This document shows, in pieces, positions 1 through 9,618 of a stretch of DNA of 27,828 bases (position 1 is the first letter of the stretch; each line of letters opens with the position of its first letter). This DNA is from Anaerolineales bacterium UBA2200 (lineage in GTDB: Bacteria > Chloroflexota > Anaerolineae > UBA2200), in NCBI GenBank assembly GCA_002327925.1, contig DCVA01000018.1:1-27828 (forward strand), read 5' to 3'. The notes under the pieces are model-generated. The model worked only from the letters and a program-made list of their open reading frames with translations, had not been told where the DNA came from and searched no databases. A program made the position numbers and the translations under genes.

Positions 1-18
1 GCCCCGTCTTCGCGGGGC
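1..18 (+). terminator. GC-rich hairpin at the window edge (GCCCCG-N6-CGGGGC); possible 3' hairpin of an upstream gene
   Basis: Perfect 6-bp inverted repeat at positions 1-6 and 13-18. No U-tract follows. It is truncated by the window edge. Confidence 0.2.
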
Positions 19-27
19 GAACGGCTA

Positions 28-56
28 TTGACGTGCTCGCCTTTTGCCTGTACAAT
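28..56 (+). promoter_or_regulatory. sigma70-like promoter (TTGACG-17-TACAAT) upstream of the large secreted protein gene
   Basis: TTGACG at 28-33, a 17-nt spacer and TACAAT at 51-56. The predicted TSS near 63 gives a ~180-nt leader before the ATG at 244. Confidence 0.4.
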
Positions 57-243
57 GGAACCAGGTGGCGGGCCGAGTGATGCAGAAGCACAGATGGTTC
101 CCGCCCGGGTCTTGCCACAGACTGCGGTCCCTATCGGTGTGGTCAGGGTGACCGTCGTTTGTGGTTGTTGTGTTCGCGTCTGCGTGCCCTGTTTAGGGCT
201 GTCGCGCGCTGGAAAGCAGGCCAACACTGTTCTGGGAGAGCGA

Positions 244-3200
244 TGATGAGACGAAACACCCTGCTATTCATCTCCGTTTTCATTTCCGTGCTCCTGTTCG
301 TATTCACGGCCAACACCGTAGCCCGTGCCACCCCGATCGGCGTTACCGAGGCGTGGGTGTGTCCCACCGGTCTCTGCGGACACACGGGGAGCGAGTTTAG
401 CACCCTCCAGGCTGCTTTGACCGTTGTGGCCAAGGGCGGCACGGTGCACGTGGCCGCGGGTGACTACACCGGGCCGGTCGTGATTCTCCAGGACGTGACC
501 ATTCTGGGAGCGGGCCCGGCCGACACGATCATCCACGGTGCATCGGCCGTCTTTGACATCACCAGCGGCACGGTCGTGCTCGATGGCGTCGCCGTGACGG
601 GCGGCTATGGCTATCTGGCCTGCGGAGGCGGGATCCGTGTCAATTCCTTTGCCACGCTGACGCTGAGCAACTCGTCGGTCTATAGCAACACGGGTGAGAA
701 TGGCGGCGGCATCTGCAACTGGGGCCGGCTGTTCATGAGCAACACCAGCGTGATGAGCAACTCGATTGGCGCGGGAGGCCCTGGTTACGCCGGCGGCGGC
801 ATGAGCAACTATGGACGCGCCGAGATCACCGGCAGCACGTTTGTCAACAATTCCGCCAGCAGCTTTGGCGGCGGCCTGGCCAACGCGGCATATTGCACCA
901 TTACCAACAGCAGCTTTGTTAGCAACACCGTCGGCAAGTACGGTGGCGGAATCGCCAACGGCTGGGAGCCGGATGAACCGGCAGAGCTCGAGCTGAACGA
1001 CGTGACCTTTGATCACAACGTGATGACCTTTGACGACTATATGGATTACTATGAGCCGTTCCCGGGTGGCGGCGGGCTGCTCAACGGGGTGCTGGCCATC
1101 GTCACCGGACGGGGAGTGACGTTTACCGACAACGTCGCCGTGATAGGCCCGGAGGGCGATGGCGACATCTACCCACTGGCTCAGGGCGGCGGGCTCTACA
1201 ACATCATGGGCGGCCAGGTCGATCTGCAGGACACGTACTTTTCCGGGAATCAGGCCAACAAGGGCGCCGGCATGGCTAACATGTCCATGCAATCGTGCCT
1301 GACGGAAGGGACTACACCCGCAAGCTGGACTGAGGGACGTTTGGACCAGCCCGTGCAAGCGCAGATGATCCCGGTCTCTGACATTCGCAAGCCCTGCGCC
1401 GTTACGCTGACCAACGCATCGTTCATCGAAAACGAGGCCACTTTCTGCGGCGGCGCGATCCTAAACACGGCGTGGTTCCTGCCAGATAATGACTACGCCC
1501 CCGTAGACCGGGCGTCGGCCCAGGGCGGCTCCATTCTGTCGAAAGACGCCGTGCTCGTTCTCATTACCGCGACTCTGCACGCCAACGAGTCCACGCTCTT
1601 TGGCGGCGGCGTGTGCAATGGGGCGACGCTCACCGGCACCAACGTGTGGCTCAGTGGGAACCGGTCCGGATGGGGTGGCGGCGTAAGCAACCTGGACTCG
1701 GGGTTCATGGCAAGTTTGTACTTTTACTTTCTGGACGGAGGCACCGACTCACCGCCGGATGGGTCCAGTTCAGCCGCTCCACAAGGCGAGTCGTTGCTGT
1801 CGACACTGACCCAGCGAATGGGGCAGGCCAGCACAGCCGAGGCCGACGGGTGTACTCACCCGGCGTCGCTGGACCTGACCAACGCCGTATTCGACCGAAA
1901 CCAGGCGTGGGGCGCACCTGTGCCGATCTTTGGCATCAGCCAGGTGCCCGGCGCAGGAGGCGCGCTGCTGAATGGGATGGTACCTGGCGTTTTCGGCATT
2001 GGCGGCGACAGCGACATGGCCAGGCTGACCAATGCCACCTTTAGCTCTAACGAGACTTTCGAAGTCGGTGTCACCGAAACCGTGGAATCTCTCGGTTCGG
2101 TTCTGATGAACCTGGCCAATGGGGAGATGACCAACTGCATCGTGTGGGGCAACCGGGGCCTGCAGCAGATCCTCAGCATGTCAGGACCACCGACCTTTAC
2201 CGTGACCTACTGTGATATCGAAGGAATCGCGCTGCCCCCCCTCAACGTCATCGACGAGGACCCGTTGTTCGTCGATCCACTGGGTGCGGACCTCATTACC
2301 GGCACACTGGACGACGACCTGCGCCTGCTGCCAGACTCGCCGGCGCTCAACGCGGGCAATGACGCCGCGCTTCCGCCCGACAGCTACGACCTGGACGGCG
2401 ACGGCAACGTAACCGAGGCCCTTCCGATCGACCTGGATGGCAGCGCGCGCATTGCAGGCAGCGCGGTGGACATGGGTGCCTACGAGTACGGGCTCGCGGC
2501 TCTGCCACTGACCATCACCAAGACCGACCTGCGCGACCCGCTTCCCGCGACGTGGCGAATCCGCTGGACCATCTACGTGACCAACACCACCGGCGCAGTT
2601 GCGACCAACGTCATCGTCACTGACACACTGCCGGCCGGCATCGCCCTGTACTCGGTGCAGACAAACCCCGCGGCCTCTGCGGTGAGCGGGCCAACCGTTG
2701 TCTGGGTCATACCGACGCTCGGGTCAGGCGAGAGCGTCCAGTTAGAGATCAGTGCGGTCACCTTCTCGAGCGTCCGCGGCGTGATCACCAATCAGGTTGC
2801 GGCCAGCCACGATGGCGCTCCCGCAGCACTTGGTGAGCAGCAGACCACGATCACCGAGCCGCCGCCTCAACCGACGGCCACTCCTACGCCAACGCCGACG
2901 CCAACTCCCATACCATCCGGCACCACCGTGGTCATCAAGCGCGGAGGGCCTGGCTCAAGTCTCGATACCTACATCTACCGCAACCAGCCCTACAGCAACT
3001 ACTGGCTCGAGCCGCTCCTAAAGGTCGGCTACAAGCAGACCAACGCCAGCCTGATCCAGTTCGACCTCTCCCCCATTCCGGCGGGAGCCATAGTAGACGA
3101 GGCCTGGCTGGAGGTTTGGGCGGCGGGATGGAGCGGACCCTTCTCCGACATCACCATTGGCGCCTATGCCATCAGTGAGACGGTGCAGATCAGCCAGACC

Positions 3201-3578
3201 ACCTGGGTATCCCCCGAGCTGGGGAGCCTGTGGACCCTGCCCGGGGCCAACGACGTGGTGCTCGACCGGCGTGCCGTGCCCGAGTCCACCGTCACCACCA
3301 CCGGACCGTTGCTATGGTACCGGTTCGACCTGAGCAATCTGGTGCGGGAGTGGCTGGACGGCGGCACGGCCAACAACGGCGTGTTGCTGCGCTGCGAGTC
3401 ATGTACGGGCAAATTCCTGGCCGGGTCCCCCGACTTGGCCCCTCCGGCAGACGAGTTGAGGCCACAGCCATATCTGGGCCCGCTGCCGGGTAACCTGTGC
3501 CCGTACACCTACTTCTTTGCTTCCAGCGAGTACAGCAATCCGGCCGTCTGGCCGCGGCTGGTGGTGAGGTACCAGTAG
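244..3578 (+). CDS. large secreted right-handed beta-helix protein with Pmp-type (GGA[ILV]/GGGxxN) repeats, DUF11-like repeat domain, Pro-Thr linker and C-terminal beta-sandwich-like domain; adhesin/surface protein-like
   Basis: ORF 159..3578. ATG-ATG at 244/247 is preceded by GGGAGAG. The N-terminus MMRRNTLLFISVFISVLLFVFTANTVARA is a typical signal peptide. Motifs FGGGLAN, GGGIANG, GGGLLNG, FCGGAILN and GGGVCNG recur at ~25-30 aa spacing, as in polymorphic outer membrane protein/pectin-lyase-fold repeats. TDTLPAGIALYSV...VVWVIPTLGSGESVQLEI resembles a DUF11 domain. TPTPTPTPTPIP is a linker. Confidence 0.8.
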
Positions 3579-3613
3579 GCGGTCCGGCCGTTTGGCAGGA
3601 GCGGAGAGAGAAG

Positions 3614-3650
3614 AACCGGGTTCCCCGTTGGGGAGCCCGGTTTTGTTGTT
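3614..3650 (+). terminator. rho-independent terminator after the beta-helix protein gene
   Basis: AACCGGGTTCCCC-gttg-GGGAGCCCGG stem-loop immediately followed by TTTTGTTGTT. Confidence 0.55.
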
Positions 3651-3659
3651 GGGGGGCCT

Positions 3660-3687
3660 TTTGCCGTTACCACGGCAGGGCTATAAT
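3660..3687 (+). promoter_or_regulatory. candidate promoter (TTTGCC/TTGCCG-15/16-TATAAT) for the mod-res operon
   Basis: Perfect TATAAT at 3682-3687. The -35 is weak. A long ~230-nt leader lies before mod. Confidence 0.25.
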
Positions 3688-3920
3688 GACCTCGTGAGAC
3701 AGCTCGGCGCTTCGCCGGGCTCGGTTGTCGCGGTCACGATGAAGTGGGCGTCGCAGGATTTGGCTTGATGAGTCACCCGTCCACTGCTTGGGATGGACGG
3801 GTTGTGGATTCTCGCGCCAATGACGCGCCTCGGCCAAGCAAGGCGCATTCCCCCTTGGGGGTGTCAACGCAATTCCTTTCGGTACGGATTGCCCAGGTTG
3901 CCGAGAGAAAGGGGACCCTC

Positions 3921-6026
3921 ATGCCACGACTGACCGAGCAAGAGCAACAAGACATCCTCCGCTACATCGAAGCCGACAAGCCCCTGCCCGACAAGTACCG
4001 CTTCTTGCTCTTTGCCGACAAGCGCGAAGTCGAACTGGTCTGGAACGGCAAGACGAATGAAGTCTGCAACATCGTCCTACCCTTCCAGGTCATCGAGCAG
4101 GTCGACGAGCCGCGCGCCGAAAAGCCCGCAGATGCAGCCCTGCAACTGGGGCTGTTCGACGATCGAGGCCGCCAGCTCAAGGGCTGGACCAACAAGCTCA
4201 TCTGGGGCGAGAACAAGCTCATCCTCTCTTCGCTGAAGAACGGCCCCCTGCGGGAAGAGATCGAAAAGCAGGGCGGCCTCCAGCTGATCTACATTGACCC
4301 GCCCTTTGACGTGGGCGCGGACTTTTCCATGGACCTCGAGATCGGCGACGATACCTTCACCAAGAAACCGAACATCCTCGAGGAGATAGCCTACCGTGAC
4401 ACCTGGGGCAAAGGCGCGGATTCCTTCATTGCGATGATCTACGAGCGCCTGGCGCTGATGCGCGACTTGCTCACCGAGGATGGCAGCATCTACGTTCACT
4501 GCGATTGGAGGGTCAACAGCTTCATCCGACTCGCGCTAGATGAGGTCTTCGGTGCCTCGAACCTTATCAACGAGATCACATGGCACTTCCCAAGCATGTC
4601 TGCTGCGAGGAACAAGTTTCCTGTCAAGAGCAACACAATATACCGCTATGGCAGAGGCGCAGACTCGATCTTCAATGCGGACGCAGTGCGAGTGCCATAT
4701 GAGGAATCCTCTCTTGCGGTGATGAGCGCAGGCTATGGCGGCGGCCTGGCAACAGGCGGCACATCCGTTCGGCAGGCCTACGGCAATGAGGGAGGAAAGG
4801 TCCCTGATACCGTTTGGCGCATTCGTCATGTTAGTAGTGGGGCGGAAAATGTCGGGTACCCCACGCAGAAGCCCGAACCTCTCCTCGAACGCATAATCAT
4901 GTCTTCGTCAAGCGAAGGCGACCTGGTCGCCGATTTCTTCTGCGGTTCAGGAACCACCGCCGTCGTTGCAGAAAGGCTAGCCCGCAAATGGATCGCCTGC
5001 GACTTGGGCAAGTTCGCGATTCATACCACGCGCAAGCGCATGATTGGCGTGCAACGCCAGCTCAAAGCCGAGGGCAAGGACTATCGAGCCTTTGAGATCC
5101 TCAACTTGGGCAAGTACGAGCGCCAGCACTATGTCGGCGTCAACACCAACCTTCGCCAAGCCGAACAGGAACAGCAACTCCAAGAGAAAGAAACGGCCTT
5201 TGTCGACCTGATCCTCCGTGCCTACCGCGCCGAAAGAACGCAGGGCTTTGCCACCTTTCACGGCAAGAAGGGTGGGCGGTTGGTGGCCGTGGGGCCGGTG
5301 AACCTGCCAGTCACACGCCTGTTCGTGGAGGAGGTCATCCTGGAGTGTCGCCAGAAACACATCACCCGTGTCGACATCCTCGGGTTCGAGTTCGAGATGG
5401 GCCTCTTCCCCAACGTTCTCGATGAAGCCCGCTCCAAAGGCATCGACATCGCTCCCAAGTACATTCCGGCCGAGGTCTTTGACAAACGGGCCGTAGAAAG
5501 GAATCAGGTCGTCTTTCACGACGTCGCCGCCATCGAAGTCAAGCCCCACATCAAGAAGAACACCGTGGCGGTGCAACTGACCGACTTTTCGGTCTACTAT
5601 TCGCAGGATTCCATTTCCTCTGCCGAGGCTACGCTCAAAGACAAGACCAGCAAAGTCGTGGTGGAGAGGGGCCAGATCGTCAAGGTCAGCAAGGACGCCC
5701 ATGGTTTTGTGAACCGTGAAGTCCTGACCAAGAAGTGGACAGACTGGATCGACTACTGGGCGGTGGACTTTAACTTTGAGAGCAAGCGCGAAATCGTCCG
5801 GGTCAAGGACGAACAGAGCGGCGCGTGGGAAGAACGATGGACTGGCGACTATATCTTTGAGAACGAGTGGCAATCCTTCCGCACCAAGAAGGACCGCTCC
5901 CTCGAGCTCACCAGTCCCTTTCACGAGTGCACCCCAGGGCGCCGCAAACTCGCAGTGAAGGTGGTCGACATCTTTGGCAACGACACCATGACCATCGTCG
6001 ACGTTGCCGTGGGAGGGACAAAGTAA
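3921..6026 (+). CDS. mod: Type III restriction-modification system methyltransferase (Mod), beta-class N6-adenine/N4-cytosine MTase
   Basis: ORF 3744..6026. The internal ATG at 3921 is preceded by GAGAGAAAGGGG. Motif IV LIYIDPPFDVGADF precedes motif I FFCGSGTTAVVA (beta-class order typical of Type III Mod). GC is lower than the flanking DNA. Confidence 0.85.
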   Translation: MPRLTEQEQQDILRYIEADKPLPDKYRFLLFADKREVELVWNGKTNEVCNIVLPFQVIEQVDEPRAEKPADAALQLGLFDDRGRQLKGWTNKLIWGENKLILSSLKNGPLREEIEKQGGLQLIYIDPPFDVGADFSMDLEIGDDTFTKKPNILEEIAYRDTWGKGADSFIAMIYERLALMRDLLTEDGSIYVHCDWRVNSFIRLALDEVFGASNLINEITWHFPSMSAARNKFPVKSNTIYRYGRGADSIFNADAVRVPYEESSLAVMSAGYGGGLATGGTSVRQAYGNEGGKVPDTVWRIRHVSSGAENVGYPTQKPEPLLERIIMSSSSEGDLVADFFCGSGTTAVVAERLARKWIACDLGKFAIHTTRKRMIGVQRQLKAEGKDYRAFEILNLGKYERQHYVGVNTNLRQAEQEQQLQEKETAFVDLILRAYRAERTQGFATFHGKKGGRLVAVGPVNLPVTRLFVEEVILECRQKHITRVDILGFEFEMGLFPNVLDEARSKGIDIAPKYIPAEVFDKRAVERNQVVFHDVAAIEVKPHIKKNTVAVQLTDFSVYYSQDSISSAEATLKDKTSKVVVERGQIVKVSKDAHGFVNREVLTKKWTDWIDYWAVDFNFESKREIVRVKDEQSGAWEERWTGDYIFENEWQSFRTKKDRSLELTSPFHECTPGRRKLAVKVVDIFGNDTMTIVDVAVGGTK

Positions 6027-8713
6027 TGGCCCTACACAAGGACTTTCCCGAGTCTCCCTATGCCATCCTCGACCCGTCAGTGCGTTGGTTTCCCGCAGAC
6101 GAGTCGCTCCGCGATACCAGCATGGACAAGCTCATGCCCCCGCTGGTGGCAAACCTGCGAAAGAAGGTGAAGGATTGGCGAAACGGTGGTTACGGCGGTG
6201 CCACAAAGACCAGCAGGAGCTTGCTGACATGGTGGTTCAAGACTCCGCACCTCCTGCCCAAGCCCGATGGTACGACTGCCGAGTTTCATTACTACTTTGC
6301 TCAGCGCGAGGCACTCGAGACCATCGTCTATCTATACGACGTGGCCGCCGTGCGCGACAAGTTCGACCTGATGCGCTATGACAGTTCGGGCGCTGTTTCT
6401 GCAGGGATGTTTGACGAGACGTGGCGACGCTTTGTGGTGAAGATGGCGACTGGTACAGGCAAGACCAAGGTCCTAGGGCTAGTCCTCGCCTGGAGTTTCT
6501 ATCACAAGCTCTATGAGCCGGCATCCGAGCTGGCACGCAACTTTTTGGTGATCGCCCCCAACATCATCGTCCTCGACCGGATCTACAGGGATTTCCAGGG
6601 CCTACGCATGTTCTTTGAGGACCCGGTCATCCCTGACAATGGCGTCGATGGGCACAACTGGCGCGACGATTTTCAACTCACCCTGCACGTGCAAGACCAG
6701 GTGCACATCACCCGACCAACGGGCAACATCTTTCTGACCAACATCCACCGCGTCTATGCCAGCAATGACACCACCCCCTCGGCTGACGACGACGACGTAC
6801 GAGACTATTTTCTGGGCACGCGTCCCACAGGCGCCACAACCGACTCCAAGGTGGACCTGGGCATCATCGTCCGCGACATTGATGAGCTGGTCGTGCTCAA
6901 TGACGAGGCGCACCACATCCACGACCCGCGTATGGCCTGGTTCAAATCCATCGAAGACATCCACAACAGGCTCAAGCAAAAGGGCGCAGCGCTTTCCCTC
7001 CAAGTAGACACTACCGCCACGCCCAAACACAACAATGGGGCCATCTTCGTCCAGACGGTGGCCGATTACCCGCTGGTGGAGGCGATCTCCCAAAACGTGG
7101 TCAAGCACCCCGTGCTGCCCGATCCACCGAGCCGTGCCAAACTGGCGGAGCGGCAAAGCGCCAGGTTCACCGAAAGATATGCCGACTATATTCACCTCGG
7201 CGTGATCGAATGGCGCAAGGCCTTCGCTGAGCACGAAAAACTGAACAAGAAAGCCGTCCTCTTCGTGATGACCGACGATACCCGCAACTGCGACGAAGTG
7301 GCCGAGTACCTCGAAGCCCACTACCCTGACCTCAAGGATGCGGTCCTCGTCATCCACACCAAAGACAATGGTGAAATCTCGGAGGCGACCTCGGGCAAGA
7401 GCAAAGACGAACTCGACGAGCTTCGCCAGCAGGCGAACGAGATCGATGGCCTGGACAGCCCCTACAAAGCGATCATCTCCGTGATGGTGCTGAAAGAGGG
7501 TTGGGACGTGCGCAACGTCACCACCATAGTAGGCCTCCGCGCCTATTCCGCCCAGAGCAACATCCTCCCCGAACAGACTCTAGGTCGCGGTCTGCGCAAG
7601 ATGTACACCAGCACCGTCGAAGAATACGTCAGCGTGGTGGGCACAAACGCCTTTATGGACTTTGTCGAGTCGATTCAAGCCGAGGGCGTGGTGCTGGAAC
7701 GCAAGCCGATGGGCGAGGGCACCGGCCCCAAGACGCCCCTCTTCATAGAGGTCGACAACGAGAACGTGAAGAAAGACATCGGCGCACTGGACATTGAGAT
7801 CCCGGTGTTAACGCCCCGCATCTACCGCGAATACAAAAACCTCGCCGCCCTCGACCCAGCCACACTCGAGCACCAACGCGTGGCCTACCTGCAATTCAGT
7901 CCTGAGGAGCAGCGAGAGATCGTCTTCAAGGACATCACCACTGGCGAAGTGGACCACACGACAATACTGGACTCGGCGGGAGTCCCGGACTATCAAAGCG
8001 TCATTGGCTATTTCGCTCAGACAATCATGAGGGACCTCCGGCTGGTGAGCGGCTACGATGTGCTCTACCCCAAGGTCAAGGCATTTGTCCAACACCACCT
8101 CTTTGACCAGAGCGTGGACCTCGAGAACCCCAACACTCTGCGCAACCTGTCCGAGCTGGCCGCCACAAAGACAATTCTGGAGACGTTCAAGGGAGCCATC
8201 AATGCCCTTACGGTGCAGGACAAAGGTGACGCCGAGATTCGGGACAGTATCAAACTGCGGGAGACGCGTCCATTCGTAGTAAAGGAGCAGGGGTACCTAG
8301 TCCCGAAGAAGAGCGTCTTTAACCGCATAGTCGGCGACAGCCACTTCGAACTTCTTTTCGCTCGGTTCCTCGACGACTGCGAAGACGTCGTTGCCTACGC
8401 CAAGAACTACTTCGCGGTGCACTTTAGGCTGGACTATGTCAATGCTGACGGCGGAATCTCGGACTACTACCCTGACTTCTTGGTCAAGACATCTAACAAG
8501 CGCATCGTGGTCGTCGAGACCAAGGGACCAGAAGACTTGGACGTGCCACCGAAGATGGCCCGACTGCGGCAATGGTGCGAAGACATCAACCGTGTTCAGT
8601 CGCGCACAAAGTACGACTTTGTATACGTGGACCAGGAAAGCTTTGATCGGTTCAGGCCTGCGTCGTTCGCGCAGTTGGTCGATGGCTTTCGCGAATACAA
8701 AGAGCACAAATGA
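6026..8713 (+). CDS. res: Type III restriction enzyme Res subunit (SF2 helicase/ATPase plus C-terminal PD-(D/E)xK endonuclease)
   Basis: The start ATG overlaps the mod stop as TAATG. Motifs are Walker A MATGTGKT, DEAH box LNDEAHH, helicase motif VI QTLGRGLR, and a C-terminal YYPDFLV...VVVETKG nuclease motif. Confidence 0.85.
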   Translation: MALHKDFPESPYAILDPSVRWFPADESLRDTSMDKLMPPLVANLRKKVKDWRNGGYGGATKTSRSLLTWWFKTPHLLPKPDGTTAEFHYYFAQREALETIVYLYDVAAVRDKFDLMRYDSSGAVSAGMFDETWRRFVVKMATGTGKTKVLGLVLAWSFYHKLYEPASELARNFLVIAPNIIVLDRIYRDFQGLRMFFEDPVIPDNGVDGHNWRDDFQLTLHVQDQVHITRPTGNIFLTNIHRVYASNDTTPSADDDDVRDYFLGTRPTGATTDSKVDLGIIVRDIDELVVLNDEAHHIHDPRMAWFKSIEDIHNRLKQKGAALSLQVDTTATPKHNNGAIFVQTVADYPLVEAISQNVVKHPVLPDPPSRAKLAERQSARFTERYADYIHLGVIEWRKAFAEHEKLNKKAVLFVMTDDTRNCDEVAEYLEAHYPDLKDAVLVIHTKDNGEISEATSGKSKDELDELRQQANEIDGLDSPYKAIISVMVLKEGWDVRNVTTIVGLRAYSAQSNILPEQTLGRGLRKMYTSTVEEYVSVVGTNAFMDFVESIQAEGVVLERKPMGEGTGPKTPLFIEVDNENVKKDIGALDIEIPVLTPRIYREYKNLAALDPATLEHQRVAYLQFSPEEQREIVFKDITTGEVDHTTILDSAGVPDYQSVIGYFAQTIMRDLRLVSGYDVLYPKVKAFVQHHLFDQSVDLENPNTLRNLSELAATKTILETFKGAINALTVQDKGDAEIRDSIKLRETRPFVVKEQGYLVPKKSVFNRIVGDSHFELLFARFLDDCEDVVAYAKNYFAVHFRLDYVNADGGISDYYPDFLVKTSNKRIVVVETKGPEDLDVPPKMARLRQWCEDINRVQSRTKYDFVYVDQESFDRFRPASFAQLVDGFREYKEHK

Positions 8714-8879
8714 TGAAACCATAATACCGGCGCTGATTGCGGCGGGTACTACCGGCTACTCGTCAAGCAGGGGACGTCCATGACATGCTTGCCGCTTGCG
8801 CCCAAGCGTAGGCAGTCGGTCGTCACGCGCCAGGCGCGAGCTGTGAACGCCCATCCACGCACCGTCAAGGAGGTATCTG

Positions 8880-9524
8880 ATGGACGTGCCAGGAACTCAC
8901 ACCGAATCGGTGTGGCTGCAGCCGAACGTCTCTGGCTACTACTTCCTAGCTCTCAAAGGCATGATGACGCGCCTGTCCGCAGGGACCGCAGCGCGCAATC
9001 CTGAGTTCATTGCATTCGTGATTACGCTGGCAGCAGCGCTCGAATCCCTCCTGAATGATTTGATTATTGGGCAGATGGCCTACACCTTCGAGCCGGAACA
9101 CTACCGAAAGTACGCCGAAGCGCTCATCGGCATGTCGGCGCGAAACAAGCTGGAGTACATCGTCCCGCTGTGCAGTGACAATCAATTTGTGCTCAAACGG
9201 GACAGTAGCACCTATCAGCAGCTGACCAAGTTGGTCAGCCGTCGCAACTGCCTGATGCACAACAAGGCTTACTTGCAAGAGTACCAGGCCGAGTTCCATC
9301 CAATCGATGCCGCCACTTGTAACATCAATATCAAGGTCCCGTACTCTACCATGGATCCGGCACTTGGCATCACGCTGCAGGAGTGCACAGACTATTTCGA
9401 CGCGCTTAAGAGCTTTCTCAAAGTGATGTCGTCAAAAGCTTGGCTCGAGAGTGCCTTGATCTGCAGGAACCCAGGGGCCGCTGATAGCCCCGGCGAGCAA
9501 GTGTCCCCCGCGCCTTCCAGCTGA
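8880..9524 (+). CDS. hypothetical lower-GC protein with HEPN-like Rx4H motif (RRNCLMH); candidate Abi/HEPN RNase-type defence effector next to the Type III R-M
   Basis: Strong RBS AAGGAGGT 6 nt before the ATG at 8880. The ORF is visibly AT-richer than its neighbours. The sequence VSRRNCLMHNKAY fits the HEPN R-[N]-x3-H signature and the protein looks all-alpha. No other recognisable domain. Confidence 0.55.
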   Translation: MDVPGTHTESVWLQPNVSGYYFLALKGMMTRLSAGTAARNPEFIAFVITLAAALESLLNDLIIGQMAYTFEPEHYRKYAEALIGMSARNKLEYIVPLCSDNQFVLKRDSSTYQQLTKLVSRRNCLMHNKAYLQEYQAEFHPIDAATCNINIKVPYSTMDPALGITLQECTDYFDALKSFLKVMSSKAWLESALICRNPGAADSPGEQVSPAPSS

Positions 9525-9557
9525 ACCGGGCAAGGGTAGCTTCGAACTGATCCCTCC

Positions 9558-9592
9558 AAAAAACACGGCTGACCCTCTCGGGCCAGCCGTGT
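9558..9592 (-). terminator. rho-independent terminator for the minus-strand ABC exporter operon (hairpin is also positioned to stop the convergent + strand ORF)
   Basis: On the minus strand: CACGGCTGG-cccgagagggt-CAGCCGTG followed by TTTTTTGG. It lies between convergent genes ending at 9524 (+) and 9619 (-). Confidence 0.55.
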
Positions 9593-9618
9593 TGAAGTCA
9601 TGACAGGCGAATGCTCCT

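Noticed and set aside
264-1358. 364-aa minus-strand ORF inside the beta-helix gene
   Set aside because: Antisense high-GC artefact with no motifs. The sense strand has a signal peptide and repeat architecture.
2860-2930. Pro-Thr repeat DNA (TPTPTPTPTPIP), and 16205-16260, as CRISPR or tandem-repeat elements
   Set aside because: These are short, degenerate codon-level repeats encoding inter-domain linkers. No repeat-spacer periodicity is present.
3744-3920. N-terminal extension of mod from ATG 3744
   Set aside because: The stretch has no SD and is Arg/Pro-rich. The ATG at 3921 has a strong GAGAGAAAGGGG RBS and begins the conserved Mod N-terminus.
4977-5924. 315-aa minus-strand ORF inside mod
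   Set aside because: It is antisense to the clearly recognisable Type III Mod (DPPF / FxGSG motifs).
6602-7357. 251-aa minus-strand ORF inside res
   Set aside because: It is antisense to the Res helicase (Walker A, DEAH).
8714-8879. Intergenic region between res and the HEPN-like ORF, scanned for small RNA, tRNA or a C-protein gene
   Set aside because: Only a short CGCGCC-A-GGCGCG palindrome and ORF 8780..9004 (no RBS, overlaps the better-supported 8880 start) were found. Nothing convincing.
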